From: Mobula hypostoma
Lineage: Eukaryota
Length of the DNA: 64,000 nucleotides
Assembly (NCBI RefSeq): GCF_963921235.1
Contig: NC_086108.1
Coordinates: 14,322,001 to 14,386,000 of the forward strand
Reading direction: 5' to 3'
Numbering within the stretch: the first letter of the stretch is position 1; each line of letters opens with the position of its first letter. The notes beneath the pieces are model-generated. The model saw only the letters and a list, made by a program, of their open reading frames with translations, had not been told where the DNA came from and searched no databases. The translations under genes and the position numbers were made by a program. This document shows positions 1-13,995 of this stretch, one piece after another.

Positions 1-110
1 ATCCACTGACGCTACAAGCATTCTTCAAATCCTTCCCCATTCTTCAGTCCTGACGAAGGGTTCCGGCCCGAAACGTCGACTCATCGTTTCTGACTGATGC
101 TGCCTGACCT
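1..110 (+). mobile_element. Penelope-like pLTR fragment with hammerhead motif (46-81)
   Basis: AGTC-CTGACGA-AGGGTTCCGGCCC-GAAAC-GTC-GACT, shared with the other PLE termini in the window. Confidence 0.75.
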
Positions 111-1156
111 CTTATAAATGGATGCATCTCATTCTAATCTTCCCTCAGTTCTAAAGAAAACAACTCTGCTGTAGCTATTCTCTGCTAAGCTATTCAGGCC
201 TGACAATATCTTAAATGTCCTCTCTACTTGGTGTCCTCTCTCACACCTAAACTTCCATTCTGTAATATGGTGATCACAGAAATGCACAGTACTGCAGCTG
301 TGGTCTAGTTAGAATTTTACAGCATACAAACATGCTCCCTTTGTCAAAAAGGAGGAATACCCCATACATCTTCAAGTTACTTCAGGAGGAACATAGGGAT
401 ATATTTTACCTGAACATTCAATATAGTCACATGAACCAAAATTATATTAGATGTATTAACAGGTTTGAAGGTGGATAAGTTGAGGTATTGTAGTCAGCTG
501 TGAAAGGTAAGGAAGGAGATTGCTGGATCTTTGGCAACATAAGAGGTGTCGAGAACTCCAAATCTGGTATCTTTATTGAAGAAGGTAACAGGAGCTAAGC
601 CAGTTATTACAGCTGTAATATCAGTGGTAAGGAAATCAGTAAAAAAAAACATTTTGCGGGACAGCAATCATCTGCACTTGATAGATGGAGATTTAATTAA
701 GGATACTCGATTGAGGTCTTGACTGATAAATTTGGCTGAATTTTTTAAATGCTCAAATAAAGTAGGCAGTCAGTATCTTTTTCCCTGGGTTGAGATGTCT
801 AAAATTACAGGGTATATGCATTTAAGATGAGATGGAACAAGCTCAAAGCAGATGTATAGCACGTGTTTTTTAACATAGAGAGTGGTAGATGCCTTATGTG
901 TGCTGCCAGGAGTAGTAGTGCAAGCCAAATATGATGGAGGCATTTAAGAGTGTCAGAAATAGACACTGGAATGTACAGAGGGGATATCGACATTGTTTAG
1001 ATAGGAGCGATATAGGCATTATGTAGACAGGAAGGGTACGAGTGTTCTTTAAGCAGAAGGGATCAGTTAGGTTAGGAATTTAATTAATAGTTTAATTTAC
1101 TCAGCACATCGTGGCCTGTTCCTGTGTCATACTGTTCTCTGTTCTAAAGAAGTCCT

Positions 1157-3550
1157 ATGTGTATGATTGAGTGTAGTGTTAGTAATGTATTTCAGATGGA
1201 TTTCAATTGTCCAACTTGGGAGACTAGTCCAGAGGGTAAGAGCCTGTTAGATCTAGTGCAATATGAATTACGTGGAGATAGTTTCACCTTAGGTTCAGCA
1301 CACTGGTACCGCCCGGGGAGGGACATGGGAGAAACAGTCAGTGCAGGTTACCCTGTGGCTGTCCTGCTCAATAATAAGTATATTGGTTTGGAGAAGGGTC
1401 TTGGCCCAAAATGTAGACTACCTAATAATTTCCATAGACCTGCCTGACCTGCTGAGTTCCTCCAGCATTTTATGTGTGTTGCTTTGTTTTGGATACGGTT
1501 GCGTGGGTCAACCTAGCTGAGGAAACTCACAGCAGTCAGATCTCGGGCACTGAGCCTGGCTCTGTGATTCAGAAGGGAAGAGGAAGAAGAGGTGAGAAGT
1601 AGTGATAGAGGATTCGTTGGTTATGGGAACATACAGGAGGGTGTGCAGAAGAGAACAAAGTTCCCGGATGATATTCATTGTTCATTGACTATATTTAAGA
1701 GGGAGTTAGATATGGCCCTGGTGGCTAAAGAGATCACGGGGTATGGAGAGAAGGCAGGTACAGGGTTTCTTAGTTGGATGATTAGCCATGATCATACTGA
1801 ATGGCGGTGCAGGCTCGAAGGGCCGAATGGCCTATTCCTGCACCTATTTTCTATGTTTCTATATATTGCCTTCCAGGTGCCAAGATCAGGGACATCTCAG
1901 ATTGAGCCTATAGCATAATTAAGAGAGAGGGTGAGCAGCCTGAGGTCATGGTCCACTTTGGTACTAATATAGGCAGGAAGGCTGATGAGGTCCTGCAAAG
2001 TAAGTTCAGGCAGTTAGATGCTGGCTTACATTACAAGACCTCCAGGGTTGTGATCTCAGGATTGCTATTCTTGCTGTGTGCTAGTGAGACCAGAAATGGG
2101 AAGTTAATACCGTTTAAACACATAGATAAAAAGATGGTGTAGAAGGGAGGCTTCAGATTTTATTGCATTATTTTGCTCTCTTCTAGGGAAGGTGGCACCT
2201 TGTACATTCAGGACTGTTTACACCTGAATTGGAGGTGGATCAAGAGTACCAGGAGCTGTGATATTGTTTTAAAGTTGTATAAGACATTGGTGAGGGCTAA
2301 TTTGGAGTTCTGTGTGCAGTTCTGGTCACCTTAAGAAAGACATCAATAAGATTGAGAAAGAGTACAGAGAAAATTTACAAAGATGTTGCCGGGGCTCGAG
2401 GACCTGAGGTTCAATAGGTTAGGACTTTATTCCCTGGAGTGTAGGAGAATGACGGGAGATTTGATAGAGGAATACAAAATTATGAAGAGGTATAGATAGC
2501 GTTAATTCATGCAGGCCTTTTCCACTGAGGTTGCGTGGCTCTAGAAGTAGAGATCATAGGTTAAGGTTGAAAGGTGAAATATTTAAGGGGAAACTCAGAG
2601 AGTGGTGCAAGTGTGGAATGAGCTGTCGGTAGAAGTTGTTGATGCCAGTTCAACTGCAATAGTTAAGGGAGGTTTGGATAACTACATGTACGGTGGGTAA
2701 TGGTCCAAGTGCAGGTTGAAGGGACGAGGCAGAATAACAGTTTAACAAGGACAGGATGGGCCGAAGGACCTATCTGTACTGTAGTGCTCCATGAGGAGTG
2801 GCAGATGGAGTTCAACCCAGATAAGTGTGAAGTGGTTCATTTTGGTAGGTCAAATATGATGGCAGAATATAGCATTAGTAGCAAGACTCTTGGCAGTGTG
2901 GAGCATCAGAGGGATCTTAGGGTCTGAGTCCATAGGATACTCAAAGCTGGTACACAGGTTGACTCTGTGGTTAAGAAGGCATACAGTGCATTGGCCTTCA
3001 TCAATCATGGGATTGAGTTTAAGAGCCGAGAGGTAATGTTGCAGCCATATAGGACCCCGGTCAGACCCCACCTGGAATACTGTGCTCAATTCTGGTCGCC
3101 TCACTACAGGAAGGACATGGAAGCCATAGAAAGGGTGCAGAGGAAATTTACAAGGACGTTGCCTGAATTGGGGGGCATGCCTTATGAGAATAGGTTGAGT
3201 GAACTTGGCCTTTTCTCCTTGGAGCAACGGAGGATGAGAGGTGACCTGATAGATAAGATGATAAAACGGCTAACATGAGAGGGCACAGTTTTAAGGTGCT
3301 TGGAAGTAGGTACAGAGGAGATAGCGGTAAGTTTTTTTACGCAGAGGGTGGTGAGTGCGTGGAATGGGCTGCCAGCGACGATGGTGGAGGCAGATATGAT
3401 AGGGTCTTTTAAGAGACTCCTGGGTAGGTACATGGAGCTTGAAAAAATAGAGGGCTATGGGTAACCCTAGGTAATTTCTAAGGTAAGGACATGTTCAGTA
3501 CAGCATTGTGGGCCTGTATTGTGCTGTAGATTTCTATGTTTCTATGACTG
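1157..3550 (+). mobile_element. Stacked CR1-type LINE fragments
   Basis: ORF1-like pieces (VHFGTNIGRK; YPVAVLLNNKY) and RT 3' pieces (WQMEFNPDKCEV; HLEYCAQFWSP). Confidence 0.85.
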
Positions 3551-4269
3551 TGACAACTTAAAACACACAATACAGTGATAGGTTACAGAGATTGATGGTT
3601 GAGGTTGCACTTGTGACTGGTAACCTGCAACCAGCAGTAAATCATAGGGATTATCACCGAAGTCCATGCACTTTGTTGTATACATTAACAATCAGGATGT
3701 GCATTTGGGAAGTATGATTAGGAATTTGCAAATGACTTGATAGTAGAGAGATAGAGAGGACTCAGTAGTCTTTGATAACAAAACAACATTGCTCAATCAG
3801 TACAGTTGGCAGCAGATGGAATTTAATCCTGAAAAATGTGAATTGATGCATTTAGAAATGACTAATAAGGCCAGGGCATACACAATGAATGATGCAGTCT
3901 TCAGCGGTACTGGGGTACCAAGGGACCTCGGAGTGCAAGTCCAAGAATCTCTGACAGCAGCAGCACCAGCAGATAAAGTGGTCATAAAGACATACAGGAT
4001 ATTTGTCTTCACTAATCAGTGCATAGAATATAAGAGCAGGGAAGTCTTGATATAACTATGTGAATCATTGATTTGGACAGAAATGGAGTATTGTGTGACG
4101 TTCTCAGTAACCACACAATAGGAAAGATGTGAGTACACAAGAAACCATAACTGAGGACCAGAATCAGGCCATTCAGCCCATTGAGTCTGCCCCACCATTT
4201 CATCATGGCCGATTTATTATCCCTCTCAATCTCCCCAATCTCCTGCCATCTCCCCTTAACCTTTCATTT

Positions 4270-4525
4270 CATAGCTTGTCACACCAGACAGTCAGCCATT
4301 CTTGTCTGGCGTGTAATGTCAGGATTGATCTCCTTTCGGATTAACCGGGTCAGGGTATGAACATTCCTGACCCGACCCTTGTTTTTTTTTTACGAGGCCG
4401 AGTGGCTAGCTCGACGCTCAATCTGGCACGGATGGCAAGCATGCCGGGGGCGGGGGGGGGGCAACTGGGATCGAACTCGGGAGCCTTCGCTCCGAAGTCC
4501 GGCACTGATGCCACTGCGCCACCAG
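4270..4525 (-). mobile_element. tRNA-derived SINE inserted in a minus-strand CR1 (4140-5130)
   Basis: Minus-strand head GGTGGCGCAGTGG (A box) and GAGTTCGATCC (B box); related copies at 13310-13473 and 37049-37309. Confidence 0.75.
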
Positions 4526-5319
4526 CTGTCCTATAACCTTTGATGCCCTGACTAATCAATAATCTATCAGTATCCGCTTTAAATATACCCAATCACTTGT
4601 CCTCCACGGCCGCGTGTGGCAATGAATTCTCTACCCAAAGGCTAAAGAAATCCCTCCTCATTTCTGTTCTTAATGGATATCCCTCTAGTCTTGAGGCTGT
4701 GTCCTCCGGTCCTAGACTCACCTCTATAAGAAACATCCTCTCCACTTCCACTCTGTCTAGGCCTTTCAACACTTGATAGGTTTCAGTGGATCATGCCTTG
4801 TTCTTCTAAATTCCAGCAAATACAGGCCCAGAGCCATTAAACCCTCCTCATACTTGAACTCTTTCATTCCCAGGATCATTCTCATTAACTTCCCTCTCCA
4901 ACGCCAGCACATCCTTTTTTAGACAAGGGGACCAAAACAGCTCACAATACTTCAAGAGCAGTCTGACCAATGCGTTATAAAGCCTCAGCAGTACATCCTT
5001 ACTTTTATATTCTAGCCCTCTCAAAATGAATGCTAACATTGGATATGCCTTCCTTACCATTGACTCAACCTGCAATTTAACCTTTAGGGACCCTGCAAGA
5101 GACCTCCCAAGACCTTTTGCGCCTCTGCAGGTTTATCAAGAAGTTGCTTGAGTTGGAGGAGAATCTGGATGGGCTGAGTTTGTATTCTCCAGATTAGGAA
5201 AGACTGAAAAGTGACCTAATTGTGGTAAATAAAATTCTGTGGAACATGGATCAGGTAGATGATGAAAAGCAGTTATCCTAGCAGAGCGTCTATGACAAAA
5301 ATACAAACAAGGACCCAGG

Positions 5320-6625
5320 TAAATTAGGAACAGTCAACATGGATTTGTGCGTGGAAGTCATGTTTGACAAATCTTATTGAATATTTTGATGAGATTACTA
5401 GGAAAGTTGAGGAGGGTAAAGCGGTGGATGTTGTCTGTATGGACTTCAGTAAGGCCTTTGACAAGGTTCCACATGGAAGGTTAATTAGGAAGGTTCAATC
5501 GTTAGGCATTAATATTGAAGTAGTAAAATGGATTCAGCAGTGGCTGGATGGGAGATGCCAGAGAGTAGTGGTGGATAGCTGTGTGTCAGATTGGAGGACG
5601 GTGTGTAGCGGTGTGCCTCAAGGATCTGTACTGGGTCCAGTGTTGTTTGTCATATATATTAATGATCTGGATGATGGGGTGGTAAATTAAATTAGTAAGT
5701 ATGCAGATGATACTAAGATAGGTGGCGTTGTGGATAATGAAGTAGGTTTTCAAAGCTTGCAGAGAGATTTAGGACAGTTAGAAGAGTGGGCTGCAAGATG
5801 GCAGATGGAGTTTAATGCTGAAAAATGTGAGGTGCTACATTTTGGTAGGACTAATCAAAATAAGACATACATGGTAAATGGTAGGGCATTGAAGAATGCT
5901 GTAGAACAGAGGGATCTAGGAATAATGGTGCATAGTTCCCTGAAGGTGGAATCTCATGTGGATAGGGTGGTGAAGAAAGCTTTTGGTATGCTGGCCTTTA
6001 TTAATCAGAGCATTGAGTATAGGAGTTGGGATGTAATGTTGAAATTGTATAACGCATTGGTGAGGCCAAATTTGGAGTGAGGCCAAATTTTCAGTTCTGG
6101 TCACTGAATTATAGGAAAGCTGTCAATAAAATTGAGAGAGTACAGAGGAGGTTTACTAAAATGTTGCCTGGGTTTCATCTCCTAAGTTACAGAGAAAGGT
6201 TGAACAAGTTAGGTCTTTATTCTTTGGAGTGTAGAAGGTTGAGAGGGGACTTGATAGAGGTGTTTAAAATTATGAGGGGGTTTGATAGAGTTGATGTGGA
6301 TAGACTTTTTCCATTGAGAATGGGGGAGATTCAAACAAGAGGACATGAGTTGAGAGTTAAAGGACAAAAGTTTAGGGGTAACATGAGGGGGAACTTCTTT
6401 ACTCAGAGAGTGGTAGCTGTGTGGAACGAGCTTCCAGCAGAAGTGGTTGAGGCAGGTTCGATGTTGTCATTTAAAGTTAAATTGGATAGATATATGGACA
6501 GGAAGGGAATGCAGGGTTATGGGCTGAGTGCAGGTTGGTGGGACTAGGTGAGAGTAAGAGTACGGCACGGACTAGAAGAGCCGAGATGGTCTGTTTCTGT
6601 GCTGTAATTGTTATATGGTTATATA
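5320..6625 (+). mobile_element. Relatively young 5'-truncated CR1-type LINE
   Basis: Near-continuous [37 protein letters not shown]; (TTATATGG)n tail. Confidence 0.92.
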
Positions 6626-8004
6626 TAAATATGAGCAGGAATTGGCCATTCAGCCCTCAAGCTGGCCGCAATATTCTCTGTGAACATGGCTAATCTATCC
6701 CAGGCCTCAGCTCCTTCTCTGCCAGATCCCTATAGCACTTAATCCACCAACCTTTCAAACATTTATATACCTCCGCTTTAAATCCAATGTTCTGGCCTCC
6801 ATTAGTGTTCACCACCCTCTGCGTCAAAGGATTTTAAGGTTTCTCAGTTTTAATTGACCATACGTGTCTTGAAACTACATCTCGCGGCCTGAGATTTTCT
6901 CACCAGTGAACATATATCATGTGTCTTCAGGATCTTAAGGTAAGGTGTAAGAGAACCGGAAGGAATTTTGGGAAGGCCCTTTTCACCCAAGCAGTGGTTG
7001 AAATCTGGAAAATGCTGTGAGATAGGGTAGTGGAGATAAGTATTCAAACAGCATTTCATAATTATTGAGATCAGTATTTGGAGTAAATTTTGTAATTGTA
7101 CTGGCCTTAATCTCTTTCTCTGGAGTTTGTTCCATATCCACACCATTTTGTGTAAAAGATTGCCCCTCAGACCCTTTTTAAATCTTTCTTCTGACCTTAA
7201 ACCTGTGCCCTTTTAGACTCTAGCCTGGGGGAAAAAACTGTGACCAGTATAATGCCCCTCATAATTTAATAAACTTCTAAAGGTCACCACTCAAGCACCT
7301 TCACTCTAGAAAAACAATACCAGTCTATTCAATAATTCTTTATAACTGAAGCCCTCCAGTTCAACTTTCCTGTGAATCTTTCCTGCACCTTCTTTAGCTT
7401 ATTCACATCCTGTAGTGTGCTGACCAGACTTGCGCACCCAACTCCTATGCTCAGTGCCTTGTACGATGAAGGCAAACTTATTCTCCTCCTTTTTCACCAC
7501 CCTGTCTTTCTGTGTTGCCATTTACAGGAAACTTTGTATTTGTGTTCTATGGTCTAGTTGTTCAACAACACATGTACATTTATTGTACAAGTCCTGGTTT
7601 GATTTAACTTTTCAAAATGAATCCCTTTGCACTTGTTCAAGTTAAATTCCATTTGCCATTCCTTTGCCTATTTTCTTGTTGATCAAAATCCTGTTGAAAT
7701 GCTGATTACAACCATCTTCTCTGTCGTCAATTTTTGTACCGAATGCATAATTACTAATCATGCTGCCTGCACTCTTTTTCAAATCAATAATTATGTGTAA
7801 CAAACAGTAAAGGATCCCACACTTAGCCTGCAGAACACCATACTCTACAGGTCTCCTACTTGCAGAACAACTACCACTGCCATCCTCTGATTGCTTCTAT
7901 CATGCTGATTTTGTACATAATTTACTGTATCATCCTACATTCCAAGTTTTCTAACCTTCTAGACCAATCTTCTTATCAAAGGCCTTGGTAAGGTCCATGT
8001 AAGT

Positions 8005-9202
8005 CAGGGGTCCCCAACCTTTTTTGCAGTGCGGACCAGTTTCATGTTGACAATATTCTTGCAGACCGGCGGACGGGGGGTGCGGGGAGCGGGCGGGGTG
8101 GTGGCGGGATGGTTGCCAACGGATAAGAGTAGCAGTCAAATACGTTGCGTTCACCCAGAGAAAGACTACAATGACCATGAAGCCTTGCGCGGGCACCAGT
8201 GCGTATGCGTTATTTGCGCATGCGTGCACATGCTGATTATTTTTCTACAAATCGTTTTTGGCGATTCTGTTCGGAGAGGGGTGTTAATCACGACCGGAAT
8301 GTCGGTGATAAGTGGCTAATACACTCAATTTCGTTTCTAAAAGACTTTATCTAACGAATTTAATATTAAACACACAGCACATTTTCCTCGCATGAATATA
8401 ACGATAAGTCAATTATCAGGGGAGCTTGAAGTAAGTGTTGAACAAACTTCCAGTAGAAGTGTCAGAAGCAGATTCAATATTATCATTCAAAGAAAAATTG
8501 AATAGGTATATGGAGAGGAAAGTAATGGAGGGTTATGGGCTGAGTGCAGGTCGGTGGGACGAGGTGAGAGTAGCGTTCGGCACGGACTAGAAGGGCAAAG
8601 ATGGCCTGTTTCCGTGCTGTAATTGTTATATGATTATATAAGTCAATAGCATCATAACATTTTAAGTAACGTTTGGATATTAAACACAGCGCATATTTTC
8701 CCCGTATGAACTTATAAAATCATTGCAACGCACCAATATCGCTGAATCAGTGGGAGCCCTGGGCTTGCTTTCCTGCAAAAAGACGGTCCTATCGAGGGGT
8801 GATGGGGGACAGCGATACTCGAACGGGGTTCCTTATGTCCAGTCTAATCCGCAATTTAGTTTTTGTTACATTTATCGCAGAGATATGTTGAAAATGGAAG
8901 CAACGTTTTCGGTGCTTCCGTGGCTATCTCAGGATATTGAGCCTTGACTTTGATCCAGAATGCCAGCAGAGATGTTATGTCAAATAGACTTTTCAGCCCG
9001 CTGTCATTTGCAAGCTCGAGGAGTTGATCTCCTTCCCGTGCTGACATGGATGACGCGTGGGTAATGGCTCAACAGTGCGTGACGGGGAATGAGGAAAGGT
9101 GCAGCTGACTCATATCGGCAAATCATATCGTTTCCTTGCGGCTCGGTAGCGCATGCTCTGCAGCCCGGTACCGGTCCGCGGCCCGGTGGTTGGGGACCGC
9201 TG
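8005..9202. mobile_element. Non-autonomous hAT (Charlie/Buster-like) transposon
   Basis: TIRs CAGGGGTCCCCAACC / GGTTGGGGACCGCTG, exact 8-bp TSD ATGTAAGT and transposase C-terminal remnant (LLAFWIKVKAQYPEIATEAPKTLLPFSTYLC). Confidence 0.92.
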
Positions 9203-9530
9203 ATGTAAGTAATGTTTACTACCCTGTCCATGTCAATCATCTTGGTAACTTCTTCCAAAAAAAAGTTAAAGCAAATTTGGGAGGCACAATTTACCATGAA
9301 CAAAGGAACTTCTGCTATCCATTAAAATATTTGCTTTTCATGTCTTTCAGAATCCTTTCCACTAGCTCATCAGCCTGTAGTTCTGTGGCTTGTCATTGCA
9401 GCCCTTAATAAATTAGCAACATTAGCCAATCTTCAGCCTTCTAGTATCTCACTTGATTAAAGAGGATACAGAGTTCTGAGCCAGAGCGCCAGCCATCTCC
9501 TTTTTTGCTTCCCACAACATCCCAGGAAAT

Positions 9531-10390
9531 CACAAACACGAGGAAATCTGCAGATGCTGGAAATTCAAGCCACACACATCAATGTTGCTGGTGAACACAG
9601 CAGGCCAGGCAGCATCTCTAGGAAGAGGTACAGTCGATGTTTCGGGTCGAGACCCTTCGTCAGGACTAACTGAAGGAAGAGCTAGTAAGAGATTTGAAAG
9701 TGGGAGGGGGAGGGGGAGATGCAAAATGACAGGAGAAGACAGGAGGGAGAGGGATGGAGCCAAGAGCTGGACAGGTGATTGGCAAAAGGATATGAGAGGA
9801 TCATGGGACAGGAGGCCCAGGGAGAAGAAAAAGGGGGAGGGGGAAAAAAACCCAGAGGATGGGCAAGGAGTATAGTCAGAAGAACAGAGGGAGAAAAAGG
9901 AGAGAGAGAAAAAGAATGTGTGTATATAAATAATGGATGGGGTCCGAGGGAGAGGTGGGGCATTAGCGAAAATTAGAGAAGTCAATGTTCATGCCATCAG
10001 GTTGGAGGCTACCCAGACGGAATATAAGGTGTTGTTCCACCAACCTGAGTGTAGTTTCATCTTTACAGTAGAGGAGGCCGTGGATAGACATATCAGAATG
10101 GGAATGGGATGTGGAATTAAAATGTGTGGCCACTGGGAGATCCTGCTTTCTCTGGCGGACAAAGCATAGGTGTTCAGCAAAACGATCTCCCAATCTGCGT
10201 CGGGTCTCGCCAATATATAGAAGGCTGCATCGGGAGCACTGGATGCAGTATATCACCCCAGCCGACTCACAGGTGAAGTGTCGCCTCACCTGGAAGGACT
10301 GTCTGGGGCCCTGAATGGTGGTAAGGGAAGAAATGTAAGGGCATGTGTAGCACTTTTTCCGCTTACAAGGATAAGTGCCAGGAGGGACAT
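9531..10390 (-). mobile_element. Penelope-like element 3' part (GIY-YIG endonuclease plus pLTR)
   Basis: ORF 9963-10289 FTCESAGVIYCIQCSRCSLLYIGETRRRLGDRFAEH; pLTR with hammerhead motif at 9632-9667. Confidence 0.9.
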
Positions 10391-10825
10391 CCTCGAGATT
10401 TCTGCACCTTTATGCACTTCTGGCCTTCGTTCTTTGACATCACTATTCTCTTCTCTAAACTTCCAAGCTTCCAAACTTCCATGTTCTTCTCCGTGGTAAA
10501 TGCGGATGAGAAGTATTCACTTAGGACCTTGCTCATCTCCCACGGATCCATACATGTACTGATCTTTCTCCTAATCAGTGGATCAGGCACCATTTATTGA
10601 GAGAATCAGAATTAGGTTTGTTATCACTGACAGAAGTTGTGAAATTTGTAATTTTGCTACAGCAGTAGAGTGCAGTATATAAAGTACACCGTGGATTCCA
10701 GTTAACTAAGACACATCGGAACCAGTACATTTTAGACCCATTAAGTGGCTGCCCCAGTTAGCCAAAGTTTCATGGAAATTGTTAAAAAGGTATAAAAAAG
10801 ACAAATTACTATTTAACTGAGTAAC

Positions 10826-11908
10826 TACTACTACTACGTCGACTCAGGCCTTGGGGGTCATTGTCAGGCACAATGACGGACTCTTCACTTCCCCCTCTCC
10901 CTCATCAGTGTGTTCAGTTCATCTACATTAGCCACGCCGCTGTCTTCTGGGAGCATGTTGACCATAGCCCAGGGTTCATCCTCCCATGCTTGGGCTCCCA
11001 TATGATGACTAGGCTGGCAGGTAGCTCGGGGTGGCATAGACAGTGCCCCGCTAGTTGCCGTCTTCTAGCCTCGATTTTAGTGGTGAGCATCGGTAGGTCG
11101 TTATAGAGCTCAACGTTTATCATGTGCCTCATGTCAAGAGCCATCCAGAGCATTCGTGTCATCGTCGTTGTCGTCGTCGTGGCTATCCCTCGAGGTCGAG
11201 GATGATGGTCTTCATTCTGTTGATCAAGTGGCCCACAGAGTAAAGACGCCTGTGTGTGTATTTGTTTAATGTGAACTTGATGTTGCACTCCAAGAAGCAC
11301 ACAATACTTCACAAATCAACCAACTGATTCCAATGGCATGGAAACCATGACAATTGGAGCTGATGGATTTGTTGCAGCCTTCATCCGCCTTCACAGCCGT
11401 TGAGTTCGAAGTAACTTCGTCCGCCTGTTCCACCGTTGAGGTCTTGGTTGGATTGTTCTTTGTCAGGGACCTCACCTCGACCTTACCGCCATGGGTGACC
11501 CTACCAGGAGCATAGCTCCAGACTGCATTGCTCTCAGGATCACAGGACCACACAAGCTTCTCCACCGCAACAAGGTGACAATCCACGGAGAGGCATTCAT
11601 GTACAGCAGCCATCTAGGGACTTTCGCATAGTCTTGGTGACTGTCCACGTCTCGCATCCGTACATGAGAATGGACTCTATGACCGCTATGAAGATCCTCT
11701 TTTTAAGCCTTCTGGTCAGGTTCGACTTCCAGATTTCCTTCATGTTGTTCATAGCCCTCCACGCCAGCGCCTTCCGTATCGTTATGTCCTTCTCTGAACT
11801 CATCATTCTTGACCCAAGGTACTTGAAGTCAAAGACTTTCTTAATGGTATCATTCTTTACAGTCTTGAGAGTACCTTCGTCGCAGTTAAACGCCATGTAC
11901 TCTGTCTT
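10826..11908 (-). mobile_element. RTE-clade LINE 3' fragment
   Basis: DFKYLGS...ESILMYGCETW...RRRQLAGHC; (TAG)n tail; 14-bp TSD TTTAACTGAGTAAC (10812, 11909). Confidence 0.88.
11160..11592 (-). mobile_element. Non-autonomous RTE-related retroposon nested in the RTE
   Basis: TSD GCATTC(G/A)TGT (11150, 11593), (GAC)n tail; interrupts the RT frame. Confidence 0.75.
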
Positions 11909-13473
11909 TTTAACTGAGTAACAAATTGGTTATTTAAATGAAATACAGAACAAATTAGAACACTACCAATAGAACTGCAGTGTTATAAAACTGTGTATTC
12001 ATGATAGTTGTTGATGGAGGAATTCATCCAATGAATGTTGCCACGTTCTTTTGATTAACTGTAAATTAACAAAATCAGCACAGCCATGTAGTGCAGATAA
12101 TGGATCGCCTTCATACAATACTTCTAACGATTACACCCTCCAAATCTTCATTTTCATTGTAACATTCAAGATAATTGTCAATACCTTCGAATTCTCTGTA
12201 GTTCCTAACTTGCTGAAGTAATGAAATGGTTTCAATTTTACACCTGGTTATTTCTGCCATCTGCAAGCCTGAATGCTTGAAACCGCTGTGAGCAAGAGTT
12301 CTGAATTGTCTTATTGCTTACTTCTCGCCAACTATCAGTGACTAAAATTACTGCTTTTTGAACACAAACACACACAACTGACGCTTAAAAAAAATATTTG
12401 CTTAAGCACATTGTAATGTCTAATGGTCATATAAGTACACATGACTGACACTGGTTAGAAACTATTCTGCAACAGTTTCCAGTCTCAATTAAGTGGCATA
12501 GTGTCCCAAATAAGTTAAAATAGTAGTGAAATAAGCATTCATGGACTACTTACAAATCTGATGGTGGAGGGGAAGAAGCTGTTCCTGAAAAGTTGAGTTT
12601 GTATCTTCTGGTCCTGTATTTCCTCCCTGATAGTAATAATGAGAAGAGGGCATGTCCAGGGTGGTGGGGGCCCTTAATGATGGATGCCATCTTTTTAAGG
12701 CATCACTTTTTGAAGATGTCCTCGGCGATGAGGAAGCTAGTTCAGTGATCATGATATGAGTGCAGTGATTATTGTCCAGTTGCGTGCATATTATGATCAC
12801 TGCTTCTTGAGGGTTTCTTTACCTTAAGCTCCCTAATTAAATCTGGTTCATTACACAGCATTCAATACAGAATGGCCTTTTCCCTATTTGGCTTAACCAC
12901 AAGCTGATTTAAAAAGCCATCTTGTAGGCATTCTACAAATTCCTTTTAATTACTGCCTCAATGACTATCACCCAGTTGCTCTCACATTTACTGGAGTCAT
13001 TGTGGCAGCTCCTCTGCTCTTCATGGACACTGGTATGATTGATGCTCTTTTGAAGTAAGTGGGAACCTCCGAGCACAGCAGTGAGAGATTGAAGATATTC
13101 TTGAACATTCCAGCCAGTGCCCTACCAGCTACACTATTTTGCGAAGATTCACACTCTTGAAAGATGTTCTGACATCAGTCTCTGAAACAGCTATCACAGG
13201 GTTGTCAGATCCTGTAGGGGTGTAGTGTTTTACTTCCTTTCAAAGCATGACTGGTGAAGGTTTTTGGCACCCTGGCAAAACATTGATTACTAGTGAGTAT
13301 ATGTATAGGTTCGTCCATCGTCATCAATGAAGATCTCGACACCATTAGTACTTTTTACGAGGTTGAGTTGCTAGCTCGACACTTAACCCGGCATGGATGG
13401 AAAGCATGCCCGGAGCGGCCCGACTGGATTCGAACTTGGAAACCTTTGCTCCAGAGTCACTGCGCCACCAGCC

Positions 13474-13995
13474 GGTTTGATGGTGTCGAGACTAGTGCTC
13501 GATTTGGATTTAAGTGAGGGAGAGTTGCGCAGCGTCAGCCTCACTCTCTCTTCCCAATTCCCATCTGGATCCCGTGGCAAGACAAGAGTCGAGATGGCTG
13601 GGGATGGGACTAGGCGCAGTGGATGACCAGGACATCATCTGTGTCTTGTCCTGCTCTACACGTTCCACGACACTTGCAGAGACCACATTCTTGACCGTTG
13701 AACCTTCCATTGGTCTCGTCGGCTCAATCCGCCGGAGTCTGTCTTCACATGCTGGGATAGACAACTCTCTATCTCACCGAGGGTTTGAGACCCGTCGGCT
13801 ACCCTCACCTGGTTTAGCCGGCTTGTTGAAGCCGTTGCCCGGGGTGTGGCCGCTGTCGCATGCAAACAGCTACAAGGAACCACAGGTGAGAGCTGAGTGC
13901 AAGGTGGGGACCAAAGGTGGACTAACCACCTTGAAAAGGACACGACATGTTCCCCCACCAGAGGTGCTACCCCTCCCTGACACCCCATACACCCC
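13474..13995 (-). mobile_element. Unclassified short retroposon adjacent to a SINE
   Basis: GC-rich, CpG-retaining block distinct from its flanks; no coding motif recognised. Confidence 0.4.

Larger units (their letters stand above)
10688..12514. mobile_element. pogo/Tigger-like DNA transposon derivative interrupted by an RTE LINE
   Basis: Related end motifs (GACACATCG...ATTAAGTGGC and AATTAAGTGGCATAGTGTCCC); the sequence resumes after the RTE TSD. Family call is tentative. Confidence 0.5.

Noticed and set aside
4465..4525. tRNA gene
   Set aside because: The A/B boxes belong to a dispersed SINE head, and I could not build a complete cloverleaf.
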